A stretch of DNA of 64,000 bases, from NCBI GenBank assembly GCA_009377745.1, contig WHTK01000013.1, forward strand, positions 1,212-65,211, read 5' to 3'. Shown here piece after piece: positions 59,346 through 64,000 of the stretch. Numbering within the stretch: position 1 is the stretch's first letter; each line of letters begins with the position of its first letter. The DNA comes from Dehalococcoidia bacterium. Its GTDB lineage: Bacteria; Chloroflexota; Dehalococcoidia; DSTF01; WHTK01. A program made the position numbers and the translations under genes. Under the pieces are notes generated by a model, which was not told the DNA's origin, did no database searches, and saw nothing but the letters and a program-made list of their open reading frames with translations.

Positions 59346-60371
59346 TTAGGGCTTCGCCTCGAAGATGCGGTTGGTCGACGTCTCAGTGGCGCGACGGAAG
59401 AATCCGTAGCCCGCGTCCGAAAACACCGCGCCCAGCTCCGTATCCGTCGCGATGGTTCTCAGAGCCTTGCCGCCCTCGGCGATGGCGTGCGGCGTGCACA
59501 CTAGCACCGACGCGGCCGAGAATATCCGCCCTATCGGGTTGAGGTTGTCCTCGACCTTGTCACCCGCCATCGGTTCCACCAAGCATCGCCGTGCCGTCGG
59601 CCTTCAGCGCCTCGCGAACGCGCCGCGCCGGTGGGGTCACCCATGTCGTGCAGGCAGTCGAAGAACGCCACGAGGTCGTACTCGCTACCAGGGAAGTCCT
59701 GCGCCGTCGCAACCTCGAATGTGACGCGGTCCGCCACGCCGGCCTCTTGAGCCGCCCTGCGCGCCGCCTCTATCGAACCGGGGTGGTTGTCGAAGCCGAA
59801 GAAGCGTGACTTCGGATACGCCTTGGCCATGATGATCGTCGAGGCGCCGAAGCCGCAGCCGATGTCGGCCACGGTGCCGCCCCGCTCCAGCTTCTCCTGC
59901 ACCCCGTTGAGGCTGGGTATCCAGCTCTCACCAGGTTGCCCAAGTAGCCGGGCTTGAAGAAGCGCGCCGTGCCCGTGAACAAGCCTTCGTCGTGCTCACC
60001 CCAGTGCATGCCGCCGCCGGTGCGGATCGCCTGAGCAATACGCGACTCGTCCTTGACGATAGACGTGATCAGCGTGAAGCCGCCCGCCATCGCATAAGGC
60101 GATTCCTCGTCCGTGAACACCATCGCCTGCTCCGGCGATAGGGCGTAACGCTCCGTCGCCGCGTCGTAATCGATGTAGCCCGCTGAAGCCTGATTCAGCA
60201 GCCAGTGGCGCAGGTAGCGCTCGCTGTTACCGGTCTTCACCGCCAGCTCCGCCGGTGTGCTCGGCCCCGTATCTCGCCGCGACCCGCCCCATCAGCTCCC
60301 TCGATGGCGCTGATAGCAGCCGCTCGACCGATGAGCACCGGACAGACGATGGGCTGGTTCAAGGTCGCCAT
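59346..60371 (-). pseudogene. Rv2258c-like SAM methyltransferase remnant (frameshifted) fused to a foreign N-terminus
   Basis: TPAELAVKTG.SERYLRHWL, VADIGCGFG, FFDCLHDMGDP and VEPMAGD...NRIFEAKP in three frames; 5' part reads MATLNQPIVCPVLIGR. Confidence 0.75.
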
Positions 60372-60645
60372 TGCATCACTCCTGCCTTATGGTTATGGTG
60401 AACCATCGACGCCGGCCTGCCAATTACCAGGCCGGGCCACCAAAGTTCTATATAAAACGTCAATGCTCTAAATATAAAAGCACTATGCATGGCTTATGCT
60501 GTATCTATTGAACGAGCATCGCTTTTGAAGTTGCGGGTCTGCCAAACTCAAGCTGCGACATCCCTTCACTTCCCAGGCTGGCATCGTTTGTGCCCAACCA
60601 GGCCTCTTGGCCGGTGGGCCCTAGCCATCCATCGAGGAGGATGCA

Positions 60646-60900
60646 GTGGCCATTGAGGTTAAACAACGCAAGAACCTTACTTCTGACCTGATTCGCGACC
60701 TCAAGCAGCAGTTTGCGGGTATCGGGCGCAAAGACCTCAGCGCCTACACCTTCGAACGGCACAGTACCCATTACCCTGACGCGAGGGCCGACATCTCGAT
60801 CTTCGACGCCGAGGGCGATCTGGTCATCGTCGGCCGCGAGTACTCGGGCGGGCGCGCCATGCTCTGGTTCGCGACAACCGCTCTCGTCGACAAGCGCTAA
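60646..60900 (+). CDS. Hypothetical protein
   Basis: GAGGAGG SD + GTG; 84 aa; AT-rich promoter-like region upstream. Confidence 0.6.
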   Translation: MAIEVKQRKNLTSDLIRDLKQQFAGIGRKDLSAYTFERHSTHYPDARADISIFDAEGDLVIVGREYSGGRAMLWFATTALVDKR

Positions 60901-60907
60901 CCTCGCT

Positions 60908-61230
60908 CTACTTCAGGTAGGCGTCGAAGAACGCGATTAGCCTCGCCCGGTACTCGCCCGGCGCCGCGTAGATGCCACGCGCGTGCCCGCGTCCGGGATC
61001 AACCACCATTCCTTCGGCGCACCCGCCGCCGCGAATACTGCCGCGCCGTCGTCAATGCTGATCGTCTTGTCCGCCGGGTCTACCTTGCTCACCAGCAGCG
61101 CCGCCCCGTAGACGAACGGCGCCGGCAATAGCACCACGACCAGCGCCGGTGGCAACGACCTCGCGGCCGGCAGCATCGTCAGCGCCAGCAGCGCTATCGC
61201 CGCGAACACCAGTAGCCCACCGCCGCCATA
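60908..61230 (-). pseudogene. Internally deleted membrane-anchored alpha/beta hydrolase remnant
   Basis: TM segment joined directly to the hydrolase C-terminus D.TISIDDGAAVFAAAGAPKEWWLIPDAGH..., then shifted to PGEYRARLIAFFDAYLK. Confidence 0.55.
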
Positions 61231-61331
61231 CCGGCCCTCAGCGCCTTCCTATCCTGAACACGGCCTCATTATGGCTTTGCGGCCGAAGGGTTAACCCCAT
61301 CCTCGCGTATCATTCCCTCAGGAGGTGGCCC

Positions 61332-62456
61332 ATGCCCGACTTTCGCGCCGACCACGTAGGCAGCCTGCTGCGACCACCCGAGCTCCTCGAAGCTCATCGC
61401 GCCTTCGAGCAAGGTCAGCTCACAGCCGAGGCCCTCGCTCAGGTCGAAGACCAGGCGATCGACGCCGCCTTCGATCTCCAGAAGCAAGCAGGCCTGCCGA
61501 TTTTCAGCGACGGCGAGTACCGCCGCTCGACCTGGGCCGGCGACTTCGCCGACGCCGTCGATGGCTATATATCGGGCGAGCCTCCTGTAGTCCTCCATTG
61601 GCGCGGCATCACCGGCGTCCCCCGTGGTGAAGCCCCGACAACCACCGGCGGCCGCATCATCGGCGAACGCCTGCGTCAGGCCCGCCGCCTCACCGCCCAC
61701 GAGTCCGCCTACCTCAAGGACCACGCCCCCGGCCCCTACAAGGTGACGATGCCTTCGCCTTCTTACGTGGTGGCCCGCGGCTACAAGCCCGGCGTCACCG
61801 ATAAGGTCTACAACAGCCGCGCCGAGCTTCTGGGCCAGGTAAGCGCCATCCTCCAGGCAGAGGCTAGAGCCCTGGTCGAGGAGGGTGTCCGCTACATCCA
61901 GATCGACAACCCCCACTATCCCGACTACATCGACCCCCTTCGCCGTCAGCAATGGACGGACATGGGCGTCGACCCCGACACCGCCCTTGATGAGGACATC
62001 GTTGCCGACAACGCCGTCCTTACCGGTTTCGACCGCTCCGGCGTCATCCTGGCGATGCACATCTGCCGCGGCAACGGTGGTCAGGCCGGCTGGCACACCG
62101 AAGGCAGCTACGAACAGATCGCCGAGCGCGTCTTTGGCTCCGTCAACGTCGACCGCTGGTTGCTCGAATACGATTCCGACCGCGCCGGCGGCTTCGAGCC
62201 CCTGCGCTTTATGCCGAAGGGCAAGACCGTCGTCCTCGGCCTCGTCACCACCAAGGCGGGCGCACTGGAGAACCAGGACGACATCCTCAAGCGCATCGAT
62301 GAGGCCTCCCGCTACGTCGCCGCTGAGGACCTCGCCCTCAGCCCGCAGTGCGGCTTCGCCTCGGTCATGGCCGGCAACCCGCTCTCGCCGGAAGAGCAGC
62401 GCCGCAAGCTCGCCCTCGTCGTAGATACCGCTACAAAGGTCTGGGGCTCGGTCTAG
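61332..62456 (+). CDS. Cobalamin-independent methionine synthase II family protein (MetE C-terminal-like)
   Basis: RADHVGSLLRP, DGEYRR, HICRGN, LEYD, LSPQCGFAS (Zn ligands H, C, E, C). Confidence 0.9.
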   Translation: MPDFRADHVGSLLRPPELLEAHRAFEQGQLTAEALAQVEDQAIDAAFDLQKQAGLPIFSDGEYRRSTWAGDFADAVDGYISGEPPVVLHWRGITGVPRGEAPTTTGGRIIGERLRQARRLTAHESAYLKDHAPGPYKVTMPSPSYVVARGYKPGVTDKVYNSRAELLGQVSAILQAEARALVEEGVRYIQIDNPHYPDYIDPLRRQQWTDMGVDPDTALDEDIVADNAVLTGFDRSGVILAMHICRGNGGQAGWHTEGSYEQIAERVFGSVNVDRWLLEYDSDRAGGFEPLRFMPKGKTVVLGLVTTKAGALENQDDILKRIDEASRYVAAEDLALSPQCGFASVMAGNPLSPEEQRRKLALVVDTATKVWGSV

Positions 62457-62558
62457 ACTCGTGCCGCCGCTGCTCTTCATCGCGGCGGCAGCCATCATCG
62501 GCGTCTCATCATCGACGACTTCCATCAGGCCACTAAGCCGTAGCACAATCGGCGCTAC

Positions 62559-63293
62559 TTACTGCTTCATATACTCGAAGAAGGTAATGAGATTGCCGTG
62601 CCCATCTAGGATGGCAAACTCGCGCGCTCCCCAGGGCTTGTCTTCCAGCGATCCATTGGGATGGATGACATCCGCCTCCACACATTCATGATAGAGTCCA
62701 TCAACGCCTTGCACCTGTACCCGGCATGATGTGACCTTCGGTATCTCGTCGTCGTCGCATAGCCAGAAGTTAATCGTCACGTCGTCGCGGGAGAGTATGG
62801 CGTAGTCTTCCGACTCAAAGACGGCCTTGAACCCCAGACGCTCCCTGTAAAAACTCACAGTCTCATCCATGTTCGTCGAGGCCAGGATCGGTACTGCGCG
62901 GGATAGCCTTACCGCTTTCTCTTCCGTCGGCTCATTCGCTTGCATCGCTACCTCCCTGGGCCCTTCTTCGGATTCCTCAAGTAACTTTCTCACGGCGGCA
63001 AGGTGTGCCCTCCGGCTCTCGATTATCTCTTCGAGCCCTTGCTCCCATTGGTCTACGCGTTCGATGCTGGGGTTTACGAGGAAGGAGCCAATCTCATTCA
63101 AAGGGATTCCGCAGCGTCGCAAGAGGGCGATCAGCTTTGCGTGAGGCAGTTGGTCCGGATGATAGCGGCGATAGCCCGTCCAACCGTCGACGTCTGCCGG
63201 TTGTAGAAGGCCCAGGTCGCCGTAGAGCCGGATGGCCTTCGGCGAAAGCCCCGACAGCTGCGCGAACTGACCAATCGATATGAGGCGTTCCAT
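62559..63293 (-). CDS. MerR-family regulator fused to a VOC/bleomycin-resistance domain
   Basis: ISIGQFAQLSGLSPKAIRLY..GLL.P...GYRRY; C-terminal AVPIL...FYRERLGF...KPWGAREFAILDGHGNLITF. Confidence 0.9.
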   Translation of the reverse strand: MERLISIGQFAQLSGLSPKAIRLYGDLGLLQPADVDGWTGYRRYHPDQLPHAKLIALLRRCGIPLNEIGSFLVNPSIERVDQWEQGLEEIIESRRAHLAAVRKLLEESEEGPREVAMQANEPTEEKAVRLSRAVPILASTNMDETVSFYRERLGFKAVFESEDYAILSRDDVTINFWLCDDDEIPKVTSCRVQVQGVDGLYHECVEADVIHPNGSLEDKPWGAREFAILDGHGNLITFFEYMKQ

Positions 63294-63304
63294 TGCGAAA
63301 ACCA

Positions 63305-63333
63305 GTGTGAAGTCTGACCCATAGGCAGAGTCA
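63305..63333 (-). promoter_or_regulatory. MerR-type promoter/operator
   Basis: TTGACT-19 nt-CACACT with the dyad TCTGCC-TAT-GGGTCAGA in the elongated spacer. Confidence 0.7.
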
Positions 63334-63390
63334 ACAGGCCGCACGAGTCCCGTTTTGATCGGGCTCAGGGATGATAATTGCCCCAGAAAT

Positions 63391-63426
63391 CCCTCTCCCT
63401 CGAGGGAGAGGGTAGGGTGAGGGTGT
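63391..63426 (+). repeat. REP-like repeat family B, copy 2
   Basis: CCCTCTCCCTCGAGGGAGAGGGTAGGGTGAGGGTGT. Confidence 0.85.
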
Positions 63427-63550
63427 CACGCTTCCAATTTCGATAGAGCTCAGTCCTGTCCGCAAACCCTGCGGCACTCTTGTTACCTGTTGCTTGTTGC
63501 TCACACCCAGGGGGAGGGTAATTCGCCCCGCGCCGCGCTAGCATAGCCGC

Positions 63551-64000
63551 GTGACCGAAACAGCGCGCCGCGGCCGCCCGCCGCACCCCGACATCCTGAC
63601 CCCCGCCGAGTGGCGCATCGTCGATGCCGTCCGTCACGGCATGACCGACCGCGAGATCGCCCGCCGCCGCCGCATCAGCCTCGATGCCGTCAAGTTTCAC
63701 GTCGCCAACGCTCGCGACAAGCTCGGCCTGCCCAGCCGCCTCGCCCTGCGTCACTGGCCCGGAATCCCCGCCGATAGCGCCCTTCGTAGTAGCCAGCAAG
63801 GAGCCACCATGCCAGACCTTCAGATCGGCCTTATCGGTCAAATCTCTCGTCAAGTAAGTGACATAACGAAGGCAGTGGAGTGGTACCGCGACGTGCTTGG
63901 CCTGCCGCACCTTTATACCTACGGCACCCTGGCCTTCTTCGATTGCGGCGGCACCCGCCTCTTCCTCGGCGAGCCGGAGCAGGGCGGCGCTCCCGTCGGC
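63551..64000 (+). CDS. LuxR-type HTH fused to a VOC/glyoxalase domain (runs off the window end)
   Basis: My translation from GTG 63551: RGRPPHPDILTPAEWRIVDAVRHGMTDREIARRRRISLDAVKFHVANARDKLGL...IGQISRQVSDITKAVEWYRDVLGLPHLY; not in the ORF track. Confidence 0.85.
   Translation, partial: MTETARRGRPPHPDILTPAEWRIVDAVRHGMTDREIARRRRISLDAVKFHVANARDKLGLPSRLALRHWPGIPADSALRSSQQGATMPDLQIGLIGQISRQVSDITKAVEWYRDVLGLPHLYTYGTLAFFDCGGTRLFLGEPEQGGAPVG

Noticed and set aside
61149..61331. SAM or cobalamin riboswitch upstream of the MetE-like gene
   Set aside because: The leader is short and shows no aptamer consensus; the upstream ORF extension overlaps the hydrolase remnant
1..64000. tRNA, rRNA, integrase or transposase
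   Set aside because: No such motifs seen by eye on either strand; tRNAscan-SE and ISEScan would confirm

Overview
High-GC chromosomal window, most likely from a Chloroflexota (Dehalococcoidia-like) bacterium. This is inferred from six paralogous Tat-lipoprotein family-5 solute-binding proteins with no permease or ATPase genes, interspersed with Rieske oxygenases, cupins and SDRs. Contents from left to right: (1) two secreted repeat proteins (a 7-repeat propeller and a Calx-beta protein) divergent from an XRE-TM-PD40 membrane regulator; (2) a frameshifted DUF4062-STAND ATPase-TPR gene and a non-heme haloperoxidase-type hydrolase; (3) a c-di-AMP riboswitch in front of a 65-aa Zn-ribbon-like protein; (4) three tandem SBPs; (5) a metal/envelope block (Csp3-like Cu protein, DprE1/DprE2-like pair, DHS-family protein, yybP-ykoY riboswitch-USP-terC, two-component system); (6) aromatic catabolism genes; (7) class Ia nrdAB under a cobalamin riboswitch and two NrdR boxes, followed by a catalytically degenerate GIY-YIG mini-protein; (8) an unassigned structured leader in front of an uncharacterised Cys/His protein; (9) a decayed region with deletion-fusion remnants; (10) two divergent HTH-VOC fusion genes, each with an internal in-frame start. 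Three families of dispersed short repeats are present. I saw no rRNA, tRNA, CRISPR array or transposase. Many single-base frameshifts fall in homopolymer or GC runs and may be assembly errors. All family assignments come from motif recognition by eye; no searches were run.
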